64,000 nt of DNA from Halorutilales archaeon Cl-col2-1 (GTDB lineage: Archaea; Halobacteriota; Halobacteria; Halobacteriales; Afararchaeaceae). The stretch lies in the NCBI GenBank assembly GCA_041891055.1, contig CP169074.1, positions 864,001 through 928,000 of the forward strand. Reading direction: 5' to 3'. Shown here piece by piece: positions 39,722 to 50,935 of the stretch. The notes under the pieces are model-generated. The model searched no databases. It was not told where the DNA came from and worked only from the letters and a program-made list of their open reading frames with translations. The position numbers were made by a program, and so were the translations under genes. Numbering within the stretch: position 1 is the stretch's first letter; each line of letters starts with the position of its first letter.

Positions 39722-40545
39722 CAAAGCCAGGCAGTCTGTCAACAACAACACATTCCTTCGGTGAATTAGTAAATGAGTACAAGATATGGTGGTTATTCTT
39801 GACTAACGAAGAAGACAAGTCTACACTTAACTCTCTCATCGACCCAAAAGCTGCGGTCTCTTCAGAGGTAGAGGGAGCTGAGTCAGTATTAAGGATAGTC
39901 TCGGACAGGTACTGGGAGTCACTCGAGGATATAGCTGAAGAAGTTTCATATCTCTCCCACGAGGAAAGATTTAGGGAGTCTATCGAGTACATCGAAGAGA
40001 CCGAGCTGGATCTATCTCCCGAGAGCCTTCTCACAGACCATCGAGACCGTCTCAGAAAGACAGCTGAAGTTGTGGCATCTCGGGCGGAGACTACCCAGCG
40101 CGAGGTTCTTGACGGCATACTCTTCAAAGAAGAGGCTACAGAAAACGTCTTGATGACTGTTCTATTACACGAGATCCAGGAAGTCTCGGATCTTATATCC
40201 AAGGACATCTCACGTCAAAATGAAAAACAGGTGGTTTCGGTTCTTGTTTCCCTCCTCTCGCGGATTCATCTAATCGTGAACGACAGAGCTGAGACTGAGA
40301 ACGAGGAAACGATACTCGACATAGCCCTTGGAAAATATTATCTAAGCGAGCTATCAGGCAGACCTCAGCCTAAAAAACCATCTGAACTCAGCATAAAGAA
40401 GGTACGGAAAGGTATCCTAGTCTACGGAGCCGTCTTGGCATATCAGAACTCCGATATTTCTGTCGCTAGGGGAGCTGAGTTAGCCCATGTCGACAAGGCT
40501 GAGTTCGAGAAAATACTCTCTCAATATAGTGCTAAACAAGAGTAG
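39697..40545 (+). CDS. Hypothetical protein with C-terminal UPF0175-like HTH
   Basis: Lower GC; ends AYQNSDISVARGAELAHVDKAEFEKIL; N-terminus overlaps the IS fragment, start uncertain. Confidence 0.6.
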   Translation: MGSDPRTESKPGSLSTTTHSFGELVNEYKIWWLFLTNEEDKSTLNSLIDPKAAVSSEVEGAESVLRIVSDRYWESLEDIAEEVSYLSHEERFRESIEYIEETELDLSPESLLTDHRDRLRKTAEVVASRAETTQREVLDGILFKEEATENVLMTVLLHEIQEVSDLISKDISRQNEKQVVSVLVSLLSRIHLIVNDRAETENEETILDIALGKYYLSELSGRPQPKKPSELSIKKVRKGILVYGAVLAYQNSDISVARGAELAHVDKAEFEKILSQYSAKQE

Positions 40546-40571
40546 GCTGTTCAGCCTCAGAGAGTAAGAGT

Positions 40572-42206
40572 TCAGTTATCTTCACCCAAGAACTCAGCCG
40601 TGTATGTCTTGCCTCTGTATTTAGTGCCATTCGATGACCAACCTGTATCGCCGCCTTGGAGTCGGACAAGCTCAAGATTGAGTGCATTTACCTCAATCAC
40701 AACTCCTTCGACTCCGTCCTCGAAGAAGGGCACCGAGTACCTCAGATACCTGTGGTTTCCGTTGTATATCTGTTCGTCTATGACACGTCTACGTCTGTTC
40801 CCTGCTGTCTCCTCCGACCTCTCGACACGTACACGGGAGACAGGCACGTCTTCCGAGTCTATTGTATTAACCACTACTGTGTCGTCTTTTCTCTCGACTT
40901 CGACGTCGTCGGGCTTTTCTATGGTTAGCTCGGGAGCCTCGATATCGAGAAGCGCGGCGTGTCTTTCTCCTCCGAATTCTACGGCGTAGGCATACCTTCC
41001 ACCGCTGAGATAGTCGGCGGTTATCACCTCAGCGTCTGAACTCTGACACTCACATCCAGTTTCTTTTCCGTGGAAGAGATGGAGAGAGTATCTTTTTGTT
41101 CCACCTGGAGGTAGTATATCTGGCTCAGCACGTAGAGACTCTGAGAGTCTATCTCGATACGTCTCCCATATACGGAACCACTTGCCGTCGACGAGCTTAT
41201 ACAGAGCCGTGCCGTCGTCTGTTAACTCCTTGAGACCCCGGTTTATGAACTCGAACTCTATGTCGGCGGGAAGATCCGTCTTTTCCATCGACGGACGTAG
41301 GTATGTCTGTGTCTCGGAGTCAGCCTCGTGGAACCAGAGTGTCTCTGTCTCTGTCTCTGTCTCTGTCTTTTCGTTGTCTTCGTCGTCTTGGTCTCGGTTA
41401 GGAGTCTGTGGCAGGTCAGGCACGTCGACGTTCTCGAAGACGGATTCTTGGTCAGGACCTGGTGAGTGGGTTTCCCAGAGAGCAAGCGAGAGAGTTTCGC
41501 CGTCTCCCTGTGTACTGTAGGTACCTGTCGGTCTCCCCGAACTTTCGTGATGTCCCACGACGGCGTACTCGCCTACGAAGCCTCTTCCGGATTCGAGTCT
41601 GAAGGCTTCGGGAAGCCAGTCTCTTACCTCGCTCACACGCCACGTTCCCTCCTGAGCGTAGGTGTAGGGCTCGTCCTCGTAGTTAACCAGAGGATGGCTC
41701 GGTGTCGGTACGAGGTAGAGAAGGTCGCCATTCTCGTTGTAGAGTATCGGCTTGGTATCATAAGGTGGAGCCTCGGAGATCTTGTAGACGTACTCGAAGT
41801 CATTTCTGTTTACGACGGATATCTCTATCTTCGCAGGAGATTCCTGAGTTGCGGTCTCTGTGATACCGATACCGGCTGACACCGTTCCAAATACCGGATG
41901 CATCGAAGGTTTACTAAGCCCGACACGGTCGACGACCTGTGGTTGCGCCGAGAGTGTCAGAGGGAGAGTCTCGTAGTCGACGACCTGAGACACCTCTTCA
42001 AACCTGGCGTCGATCTCGTCTGCCGACAGAGTAGAATCGGGACGGGGTACCTGAGACTCCGTTTCAGCCCCACTATTTCCGTTTCCCGCAGAGGAATTAT
42101 TTATATCGCCTACTGACCCTTGCTGGCTTTGACCGAGACAGCCTGCGACCAAGACAGTCCCCGAAAGTCCCATATTTCTGAGAAATTCACGACGCTTTGA
42201 ATCCAT
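40572..42206 (-). CDS. Tat lipoprotein of unknown function
   Basis: SKRREFL, VAGC lipobox, acidic beta-rich body, TE repeat linker. Confidence 0.75.
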   Translation of the reverse strand: MDSKRREFLRNMGLSGTVLVAGCLGQSQQGSVGDINNSSAGNGNSGAETESQVPRPDSTLSADEIDARFEEVSQVVDYETLPLTLSAQPQVVDRVGLSKPSMHPVFGTVSAGIGITETATQESPAKIEISVVNRNDFEYVYKISEAPPYDTKPILYNENGDLLYLVPTPSHPLVNYEDEPYTYAQEGTWRVSEVRDWLPEAFRLESGRGFVGEYAVVGHHESSGRPTGTYSTQGDGETLSLALWETHSPGPDQESVFENVDVPDLPQTPNRDQDDEDNEKTETETETETLWFHEADSETQTYLRPSMEKTDLPADIEFEFINRGLKELTDDGTALYKLVDGKWFRIWETYRDRLSESLRAEPDILPPGGTKRYSLHLFHGKETGCECQSSDAEVITADYLSGGRYAYAVEFGGERHAALLDIEAPELTIEKPDDVEVERKDDTVVVNTIDSEDVPVSRVRVERSEETAGNRRRRVIDEQIYNGNHRYLRYSVPFFEDGVEGVVIEVNALNLELVRLQGGDTGWSSNGTKYRGKTYTAEFLGEDN

Positions 42207-42263
42207 GCCGGGACTAACAAGATTGTATTATCATTTAGTTCTGGTGGATAACTGATGGGAGGA

Positions 42264-42968
42264 TGTCAAGTTTAGAGATGGTGTTGTGAGGAGCAGCATA
42301 GGATTTCAGCCAGTTAGAGATTGATTGGAGCTATTGGTCGGGAAGCGATCCCAGAACCGAGTAGTTCGGTGTGTTGCGAACCCAAAGTTTGCATACATCC
42401 AAAAATCGAAGATTTTTGAATATTTCAAGACACCGAACTACGACTCTAGTAGGATACGTTGTCCGTAATGCGTCGAGGCTAGATCTACCTTTACTGACGT
42501 CGACGTGGATCACCTTAAAGATGTCCACATCGACGACTGCCCAGACATACACTTGCTCTCCATCGATTTCCAGCTTAGTTTCGTCGACAGCAACTACATC
42601 CCGGTGATCGGTTTCCGGTTCGAAGGGGTGAGACAGTCGGTGATACCACTGTCTTCTTGTGAATCGAAGATTCACGGGATACGCGAATCTGTGATTCGCT
42701 CAACACAGCCTCATGCGAACGTTCGACCACCGGTTCTATATCACGGTACGATAAGCCGGCATAGTACAGGAAAGACGTTGCAAACGCGAAGCGTTTGACA
42801 GCCCACAAATCTCCGATTTGTGAACGCGACCACGCGTCTTTTCTTCAGAGTGTCTTCACGACAAAACTATTTCTTCTTTGCGTGCTTTCTCTATCACGTG
42901 GTTGAGCATTTTCCATCCCACAACAAAATTGCTCAACCATACTCTTACTCTCTAAGGTTAACACCGCC
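42264..42968 (-). mobile_element. Decayed IS6-family element with internally deleted, interrupted transposase pseudogene
   Basis: GGCGGTGTTAACCTTA end at 42968; fragments FLYYAGLSYRDI..SHEAV / RQWYHRL..VAVDETKL..YVWAVVD; three ~49-bp hairpin insertions. Confidence 0.85.
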
Positions 42969-43026
42969 AGACGAGCCCTAGATATATGAGTCTCGGGTTG
43001 GTAGGTGGTCAATCGGGGGAAACAAA

Positions 43027-44232
43027 ATGAAAGAATCGAGACGTGACTTCCTTAAGAAGGTCGGTGTAGTAACGGGGGGAGTGTCAGTAGCGGGGTGTAT
43101 GGGGCAGACAGAAACGCAACAGACGGGAGGGCAGGATGGTGGTGGGGAGACTGGATCGGGCTCAGGTGGAGGCTCCGACATAGAGTCGTGGGAAGAGGCT
43201 CAACACGTCGCGACTGCTTCTTGGCTCTCCGACAACATAGACGACGTGACCGTGGTAGACGCTAGTCCTGTCGACGGTACGGGATACATAGACGGTGCTG
43301 TCGGGCTCGACGCGAGTCAGACGAGAGAGGCTCCGGCGACACCTCTCCATTTCGAGGTCAACGGCGTCATGAAGAGACCCGACGACCTCGCCGAAGTCTT
43401 CGGTCAGAACGGTATCTCGGAGACAGACGACGTCGTGGTCTACGACGAGTTCGGAGGTCTCTGGGCGGCTACGGTCGTCAAGAGCTTCATCTGGGCGGGA
43501 CACGAAGGCGACGTGAAGCTCTTCGAGGGCAACCGAACCTACTGGGCGGAGGAAGGAGGTGCGACATCAGAGAGCTTAACCGAACCATCAGGAGCCGACT
43601 ACTCACACAACGGTCCCGCGGAGGATCTCATCGTGACCGGAGTCGACGTTATGAGACATCTCAACGACGACTCGACTGTCTTCGTAGACAACAGGGACTT
43701 CGTCGAGTACACCGGAATAGAGGTGAGACGCCACGGAGGACCCAGTGGTTCGCGCGAGGATATGAACCACCGTGGAGGACATATACCCGGAGCGGAGCTT
43801 CTGCCGTGGAGACGTCTCCTCACAGACCCCGACAACGACGAGCTAACGACCGTGGGAACCAGCGATATAATACGTAGTCCCGCCCATCTGCGTCCCGTCA
43901 ACGAGGTGTCGTCGGAGTTAGGCGACCTGGGAGTGAGTCAGGATCAGACCGTTATCTCGTACTGCCAGACCGCCGTGAGGGGTGCTCTGCCGCTTCCGCT
44001 CCTGACTGACATGGGATACGACGTCCGTGTCTACGAGGGGGCCTACGAAGAGTGGGGAGGAAACCAGATAACACCCATAACAGACCTGCCGCCCGGTGGT
44101 GGATGGGCATACGAGAGAGCCGAAGAGTACGGCGGCTTCCCTGGCGGAGACGACTACGGCGCAGAACAGGAGTCATACAGCTCCGACGAGCTGCTTGAGA
44201 TACTCTACGACTCGCTCGAACCCGGTACGTAG
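43027..44232 (+). CDS. Tat-exported double-domain rhodanese (sulfurtransferase) lipoprotein
   Basis: SRRDFLK, VAGC, VVVYD, GHIPGA, active site YCQTAVR, VYEGAYEEW. Confidence 0.9.
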   Translation: MKESRRDFLKKVGVVTGGVSVAGCMGQTETQQTGGQDGGGETGSGSGGGSDIESWEEAQHVATASWLSDNIDDVTVVDASPVDGTGYIDGAVGLDASQTREAPATPLHFEVNGVMKRPDDLAEVFGQNGISETDDVVVYDEFGGLWAATVVKSFIWAGHEGDVKLFEGNRTYWAEEGGATSESLTEPSGADYSHNGPAEDLIVTGVDVMRHLNDDSTVFVDNRDFVEYTGIEVRRHGGPSGSREDMNHRGGHIPGAELLPWRRLLTDPDNDELTTVGTSDIIRSPAHLRPVNEVSSELGDLGVSQDQTVISYCQTAVRGALPLPLLTDMGYDVRVYEGAYEEWGGNQITPITDLPPGGGWAYERAEEYGGFPGGDDYGAEQESYSSDELLEILYDSLEPGT

Positions 44233-45518
44233 CCGACTTCCTCGGGTTCGGACGCTCCTGTTGGAGCCCGAGGCTCAGACGACTCCGAGTCGCTGAGACG
44301 GAATATACGTGACGCCGACTGGAGAGTCTCGTAGTCCTCCGACGCCGCAGCCTTCTTGAGCGACTGAGTCGGGTCGGAGAGTAGCTGTGAGACGAGAGAA
44401 CGCGTGAGATCGTTTATTATCTCCTTCTCGTCGTCGGAGAGAGTCGTGCCGTTTTCCTCTAGCCTCTCGAACGCCCTCTGTGTCTCAGTCTCCCTCAGAC
44501 CCTCGGCGTAGCTGTATATCCTCGACAGCATCTCCTGTGCCGCCTTCTCGTTGAGCTTGCGTTCGAGAACCCCCATCTCCTCCGAAATCATCTCCTCGAC
44601 CCTCTCCGCCGCCTCTCTCCGCGTTTCGAGGGACGAGTCGCTGACCTGTGAGAGATCGTCTATGTCTACGACATCTACCTCGTCGAGTTCATCTGCGTTC
44701 TGGTTGACGTCGCGCGGGTTGGCGAGGTCAACTACGAGGAGTTGGTGTCCGTCGAGATCCGACTTGTCGAATATGGGATGGGGAGCACCCGTCGCGGTCA
44801 CGACTATGTCGGCGGCATGGAGATGTCTCGAAAGCTCGGCGAACTTGACGGGCTCACCACCTATCTCGTCGGCGAGCTTCGCCGCTGTTTCGAAAGTTCT
44901 GTTAGCCACGAGTATGTCGTCGTACTCCTTATCCCTCGACGCGAGTGCCTTAGATACTAGCTCCCCCATGTCTCCCGCACCTATCACAAGGACAGTTATC
45001 CCTGAGAGATCGCCCAAACGTTCCTTAGCGACCTCAACGGCGGCGCTTCCCATCGATGCGTTGCCCTCGTTTATACGTGTCTCCGAACGCGCCCTTTCGC
45101 CAATATGTATTGACTTTATTATCGCAGTGTCGAGGGTGCTGTCAAGATGACCCTTCTCGGAAGCCTCGTGGTAGGCGTCGCGTATCTGTCCGAGTATCTC
45201 GTCCTCTCCGAGTACCATGCTTTCGAGACCACACGCGAGACGCATCAGATGACGTACCGACTCGGTGTGTCCCTTGTACTTCCTGAGTTCACGGTCTATC
45301 TCTATCTCGTCGGCGATCTCCTTGAGAGCCTCCCTTGGTGACTCTCCGGTGACATAGAACTCGGCTCTGTTACACGTCTGGAGCACAAACGCCTCTCTTA
45401 CCCCCTGCTTCGACTCCAGGCTGTCGAGAAGATAATCTACGTCGGGCTTACAGACCTCCTCTAGCTCGTTGACCTCCGCCCACTTGTGAGTTACAAGAAG
45501 GCTCCTGATCTCAGACAT
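44205..45518 (-). CDS. hemA: Glutamyl-tRNA reductase
   Basis: QTCNRAE, GLESMVLGEDEILGQ, GAGDMG, DLANPRDV. Confidence 0.97.
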   Translation of the reverse strand: MSEIRSLLVTHKWAEVNELEEVCKPDVDYLLDSLESKQGVREAFVLQTCNRAEFYVTGESPREALKEIADEIEIDRELRKYKGHTESVRHLMRLACGLESMVLGEDEILGQIRDAYHEASEKGHLDSTLDTAIIKSIHIGERARSETRINEGNASMGSAAVEVAKERLGDLSGITVLVIGAGDMGELVSKALASRDKEYDDILVANRTFETAAKLADEIGGEPVKFAELSRHLHAADIVVTATGAPHPIFDKSDLDGHQLLVVDLANPRDVNQNADELDEVDVVDIDDLSQVSDSSLETRREAAERVEEMISEEMGVLERKLNEKAAQEMLSRIYSYAEGLRETETQRAFERLEENGTTLSDDEKEIINDLTRSLVSQLLSDPTQSLKKAAASEDYETLQSASRIFRLSDSESSEPRAPTGASEPEEVGYVPGSSES

Positions 45519-45524
45519 CTCAGG

Positions 45525-45653
45525 CTAGTCTTTGAGTACGAGTGTCCCGCTGAGTATCTGGTTGAGTATTATGACACCGACTACGACCAACCCTATTGCC
45601 GTGACCAAAGCCCAGTAGGTACTGCTCCCTTGTTCCAGCCCAAACACTTGCAT
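45525..45653 (-). CDS. 42-aa single-TM protein upstream of hemA
   Basis: Translated by hand: MQVFGLEQGSSTYWALVTAIGLVVVGVIILNQILSGTLVLKD*; TATA-like TTTAACTTAAA upstream; 6 bp from hemA. Confidence 0.6.
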   Translation of the reverse strand: MQVFGLEQGSSTYWALVTAIGLVVVGVIILNQILSGTLVLKD

Positions 45654-45759
45654 ACGTCATACTATACCACAGTTTAAGTTAAATCTGTCGGAGTCCCCGA
45701 GTACGCCGCAGTACGAGACACGAAGCCTTTATGCCCACGGACACCACGCGTTGTTTCAG

Positions 45760-46440
45760 ATGGCACCACGACCCCGACTCGTGACTCTGCTACGGATTCC
45801 CGACGCCGTCTCACTCGCGAACACGGCTCTGGGATTCGCCGCGGTTACCTTCCTCCTCTCAGGTGACACAGATACAGCGGCACGTCTGGTTCTCCTGGCA
45901 GGAGTCGCCGACGGACTCGACGGTATATTAGCGCGTCAGTCGGGAACGAGTCAGATAGGCGTCGAACTCGACTCGCTCGCAGACGCAGTCTCCTTCGGCG
46001 TCGTCCCTGCGTCACTCGTCCACGTCGTCACGAGAGGCGAGTACACGTACCTCTCTCTGCTCTCCGTCGTCTTCCTCCTCTCCGCAGTCGTGCGTCTTGC
46101 GGTCTACAACGTCAAGGACTCCGACTCACCGGGGTTCACGGGAGTCCCGTCGACACTCGCAGGCATCACAGTCGCGTCGGCTTACCTCTCAGACCTCGGG
46201 GCTCCGACAGTCTTCTTCGTCTTACTCACGTCTGTACTCGCGTACCTCATGGTGATCGACACGTCGTACCCCGACCTCAGGGAAAGGGACGCAGTACTGA
46301 TGGGTGGACTCATAGGAGCCTCGGGTGTCTTTCCCGACGTAGCAGGGTCGGCTCTGCCGCGTCTACTTCTCGTCTTCCTCGTCCTCTTCGTCGTCGGAGG
46401 ACCGTCGCTATACCCGAACCCTGAGAAAGAAGGTCACTGA
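45760..46440 (+). CDS. CDP-alcohol phosphatidyltransferase (archaetidylserine synthase-like)
   Basis: DGLDGILAR..G.ELDSLADAVSFGVVPA, RLA.YN. Confidence 0.85.
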   Translation: MAPRPRLVTLLRIPDAVSLANTALGFAAVTFLLSGDTDTAARLVLLAGVADGLDGILARQSGTSQIGVELDSLADAVSFGVVPASLVHVVTRGEYTYLSLLSVVFLLSAVVRLAVYNVKDSDSPGFTGVPSTLAGITVASAYLSDLGAPTVFFVLLTSVLAYLMVIDTSYPDLRERDAVLMGGLIGASGVFPDVAGSALPRLLLVFLVLFVVGGPSLYPNPEKEGH

Positions 46441-46475
46441 GTTTATACCGAGAGGAGACTTATCTCTTCTATACC

Positions 46476-47501
46476 ATGACCGAGTCGGATCTCTGGACTT
46501 CTAAGCACTCACCTCGAAGCATCGACGAGGTCTCGTCCGTACATCCTGACGCCGAGAGTCTCCTGAGGAACGTAGCCGAGGGACGTCTCAATGCACTGAT
46601 ACACGGCTCCGAGGGGATCGGGAAGACCGCCGCAGCCAAAGCGATAGCGAGCGAGGAACACGGAGAAGCATACGAGAACTCGCTCTTCGTCCTCAACGCC
46701 TCCGACTTCTTCGGGATGACTAAGAAGGAGATAGCCGACGACCCGCGTTTCGAGGGCTTCATAACCTCGAAGAGACGCCGTAACTCGTCGAAGGCAGACC
46801 TCATGAACCACGTCCTCAAGGAGGTCGCCTCACACACGACTGTCGGAACCGGATTCAAGACCCTCGTGATCGACAACGCCGAGAGCATGAGACGTGACTT
46901 CCAGGAGTCGCTCAGAAGGGTAATGGAACGTCACTCCGAGACGTGCCAGTTCATACTCACGACTCGGTCGTCCTCAGGTGTGATACCGCCCATTAGGTCG
47001 AGATGTTTCTCGGTCTCACTCGGTGCTCCGACGAGGGAGAGAATAAGAGACAGACTCAAACAGATCGCAGACGAGGAAGGCGTCGAGTACGACGCGATGG
47101 GACTCGAATTCGTAGCCGAAGAGGCTGACGGAGACCTCCGGGAGGCGATCCTGACGTTACAGACGGTAGCCTCGGAGAAGGACGTCGTCACGATGTCCGA
47201 CGCGAACGAAGTCATAGACTCGGTCGTAGCTGGAGACATCGAAGAGGTGCTGAGTCTGTCGCGCGAGGGTAACTTCGACGACGCAGTTGACGTGATTGAT
47301 GACCTTCTGATAGACGAAGGCTTCTCTGGTGTCGAGATACTCGAAGGTCTCGTAGACGAAGTACGCAGGTCTGAGATAGATGACACTGAGGCGGCGAGGA
47401 TAGTACGTCTGATAGGAGAGGTCGAGGACGAGATGTCGGAAGCAGGGGGCAACAACGAGAGGATACATCTCGAACGTCTCGTCTCGGCAATAGCTTCGTG
47501 A
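46476..47501 (+). CDS. Replication factor C small-subunit paralog
   Basis: WTSKHSP, GSEGIGKT, LNASD, PPIRSRC, GDLREA. Confidence 0.85.
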   Translation: MTESDLWTSKHSPRSIDEVSSVHPDAESLLRNVAEGRLNALIHGSEGIGKTAAAKAIASEEHGEAYENSLFVLNASDFFGMTKKEIADDPRFEGFITSKRRRNSSKADLMNHVLKEVASHTTVGTGFKTLVIDNAESMRRDFQESLRRVMERHSETCQFILTTRSSSGVIPPIRSRCFSVSLGAPTRERIRDRLKQIADEEGVEYDAMGLEFVAEEADGDLREAILTLQTVASEKDVVTMSDANEVIDSVVAGDIEEVLSLSREGNFDDAVDVIDDLLIDEGFSGVEILEGLVDEVRRSEIDDTEAARIVRLIGEVEDEMSEAGGNNERIHLERLVSAIAS

Positions 47502-47548
47502 CGCACGACGTGCCTTAGACTTATCTGTTTAAAACGCCAAATCTCTTT

Positions 47549-48358
47549 ATGGGAGTAATACAGCGTTTCACCAACCTCGTACGTACTAAGCTCAACTCTC
47601 TGATAGGGCGTTTCGAGGATCCGTACGAGACACTCGACCAGGCTTACGAGGATCTCAAGGACGAGGAACAGAAGGTCAACAAGGGACTCACAGACCTCAA
47701 GACGTCTAAGAAACGTCTTGAGATGAGGAAGAGGAAGTTAGAGGAAGAAGTCGAGAAACGCAATAAGCAGGCGCGTGACGCCGTGGATCAGGAGAGGGAC
47801 GACCTCGCGAGAGAGGCGCTTGAGAAGAAGCAGTCGGCGATGTCACAGATAGAGGACTTAGAGGAGAAGATACAGCGTCTCGAAGCCCAGGAGGAAGACC
47901 TCAAGGAGAAACGCGAGAGACTCAAGACGAAGATAGAGGACTTCAAGACGAAGAAGGAGAGCATGAAAGCAGAGTACTCCGCCGCCGAGGCGTCGGTAAA
48001 GGTCAATGAGGCTGTGAGCGGCGCGGGCGACGAGATGGAGAACATCGACAGGACTGTCGACCGAGCACAAGAGGAGCTCGAAGAGATGAAGGCACGTTCG
48101 GAAGCCCTAGACGAGATGGATCAAGAAGGCGACTTAGAGTCGCCCTTCGAGGACTCCGACTCGATAGACGACGAGTTGGACAATATCTCGTCCCAGAACG
48201 CCGTCGAGGAGGAGCTTGAGACTCTCAAGACCGAGACTAAAGGAGATGAGGAAGCGGAAAAGGACGGAGTGAGTTCGGGGGAGAGTGAAAAGTCGGACTC
48301 CGACGAGGTCGAGAAGGAGCTTGAGGAGATAAAGAAAGATAACGACAACGGGGAGTAG
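47549..48358 (+). CDS. pspA: PspA/IM30 (ESCRT-III-like) protein
   Basis: MGVIQRF..EDP..LDQ, long coiled coil, ARSEALDE. Confidence 0.9.
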   Translation: MGVIQRFTNLVRTKLNSLIGRFEDPYETLDQAYEDLKDEEQKVNKGLTDLKTSKKRLEMRKRKLEEEVEKRNKQARDAVDQERDDLAREALEKKQSAMSQIEDLEEKIQRLEAQEEDLKEKRERLKTKIEDFKTKKESMKAEYSAAEASVKVNEAVSGAGDEMENIDRTVDRAQEELEEMKARSEALDEMDQEGDLESPFEDSDSIDDELDNISSQNAVEEELETLKTETKGDEEAEKDGVSSGESEKSDSDEVEKELEEIKKDNDNGE

Positions 48359-48420
48359 ACACAGCGCAGCCACCGGCTCCGATGCCGAAGCTGACGCTGA
48401 CGCCGAAGTCGAAGCCGAAG

Positions 48421-48816
48421 TTAGCCTTCTATCTCTTTCTCAATTCTGTCTATGTAGTCGTCACGTACGTCCTCCTCGGCGTAGAAGCCCCGGAGGTCAA
48501 AGTCGCCGGCGTTGAACTCCTCGGCTACCTCGACCATGTAGTCGACTGCGGCGTCGTAGTCGGGAAGAACACGTCCCACGGTGTGTGCCTCGACGTCGAC
48601 CTCCACGAAGAGGCTGACCCTCCAGCCGGTACGTCCGCCTATGCTCCCGGTGTCAGCCTCGACTACTGTCACGAGAGGTAGGCAGCGTCGTGGGTAGTCC
48701 TCAGCGTTGAAGATGTCGGGTCGGTAACAGATCACGACGCCCTCGTCCTCCGACCAGACGACCCAGCCCTCGGGCAGGTCGCGTCCGTCGTACTCCGTCT
48801 CTAGATCCCTGTCCAT
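48421..48816 (-). CDS. Conserved haloarchaeal hypothetical protein
   Basis: LPEGWVVWSE..YRPDIF...CLP motif. Confidence 0.75.
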   Translation of the reverse strand: MDRDLETEYDGRDLPEGWVVWSEDEGVVICYRPDIFNAEDYPRRCLPLVTVVEADTGSIGGRTGWRVSLFVEVDVEAHTVGRVLPDYDAAVDYMVEVAEEFNAGDFDLRGFYAEEDVRDDYIDRIEKEIEG

Positions 48817-48908
48817 GGGAAGATTAGAGGGTGGAGACTAAAATACCTTAACTGAGAGGGCGAGGAGAAGGCTTATGGTGTTGGTCTTTGTACCAATAGT
48901 AGTAGAGG

Positions 48909-49391
48909 ATGGCTTCAGTAACGGATGAGGATATGATAACCATGGAAGACAATACACCGCCGCTGCACCCGATGGAACGTGAACAGCTTAAAGCTGAATC
49001 GACCCTTGTCGTCACAGTGAAATCCTCCGAGGAGTTTCACGAGGAAGTCACTGAAGGAATCCAAAACCTCAAGCACGGAGACTCAACAGACTCACCTCCG
49101 ACACTGTCGTTCACTACCTACGACGATCTAATGAAAATCCTCACGCCGAGAGTACTCGACCTCATAGAGACTATCCGACAGGAAGAGCCGTCGAGTATCA
49201 ATGAGACCGCTAGGATGGTGGACAGGGACGTTAAGAACGTCCACGAGGAGCTCAGCAGAGTCGCGCGACTCGGTATAATATTCTTCGAGGAAGAAGGACA
49301 GAGTAAGCGTCCTGTAGTCTGGTTCGATGAACTCGTGATCAACCTGCCATTCAGCCAAGAAAAGAAAGAAGCTGCTACCGTAGCTCCTTAG
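48909..49391 (+). CDS. HVO_A0114-like winged-HTH protein (putative antitoxin)
   Basis: LSF..YDDL..LTP..LDLI..PSSINETARMVDRDVKNVHEEL..SKRPVVW. Confidence 0.8.
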   Translation: MASVTDEDMITMEDNTPPLHPMEREQLKAESTLVVTVKSSEEFHEEVTEGIQNLKHGDSTDSPPTLSFTTYDDLMKILTPRVLDLIETIRQEEPSSINETARMVDRDVKNVHEELSRVARLGIIFFEEEGQSKRPVVWFDELVINLPFSQEKKEAATVAP

Positions 49392-49396
49392 ATCCT

Positions 49397-50812
<1,416 letters not shown>

Positions 50813-50935
50813 TAGGCTTAGAGTAACGCGGAGACCACAAAAAAGCCTCTATCTTGATACAGCGAGAGAATCCCGCCCTTCCCGCGAAGGACGAGTGTTC
50901 CGACGCCCTGTCGGAACCGAGGACTGAGCAGGGCG

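Noticed and set aside
44205-44232. 28-bp convergent overlap of rhodanese and hemA
   Set aside because: Short 3' overlaps of convergent genes occur repeatedly in this compact genome.
48382-48420. Degenerate hexamer run (GCCGAA/GCTGAC) between convergent genes
   Set aside because: Short low-complexity tract with no further structure; similar microsatellites occur in coding linkers (41340-41366, 27137-27165).
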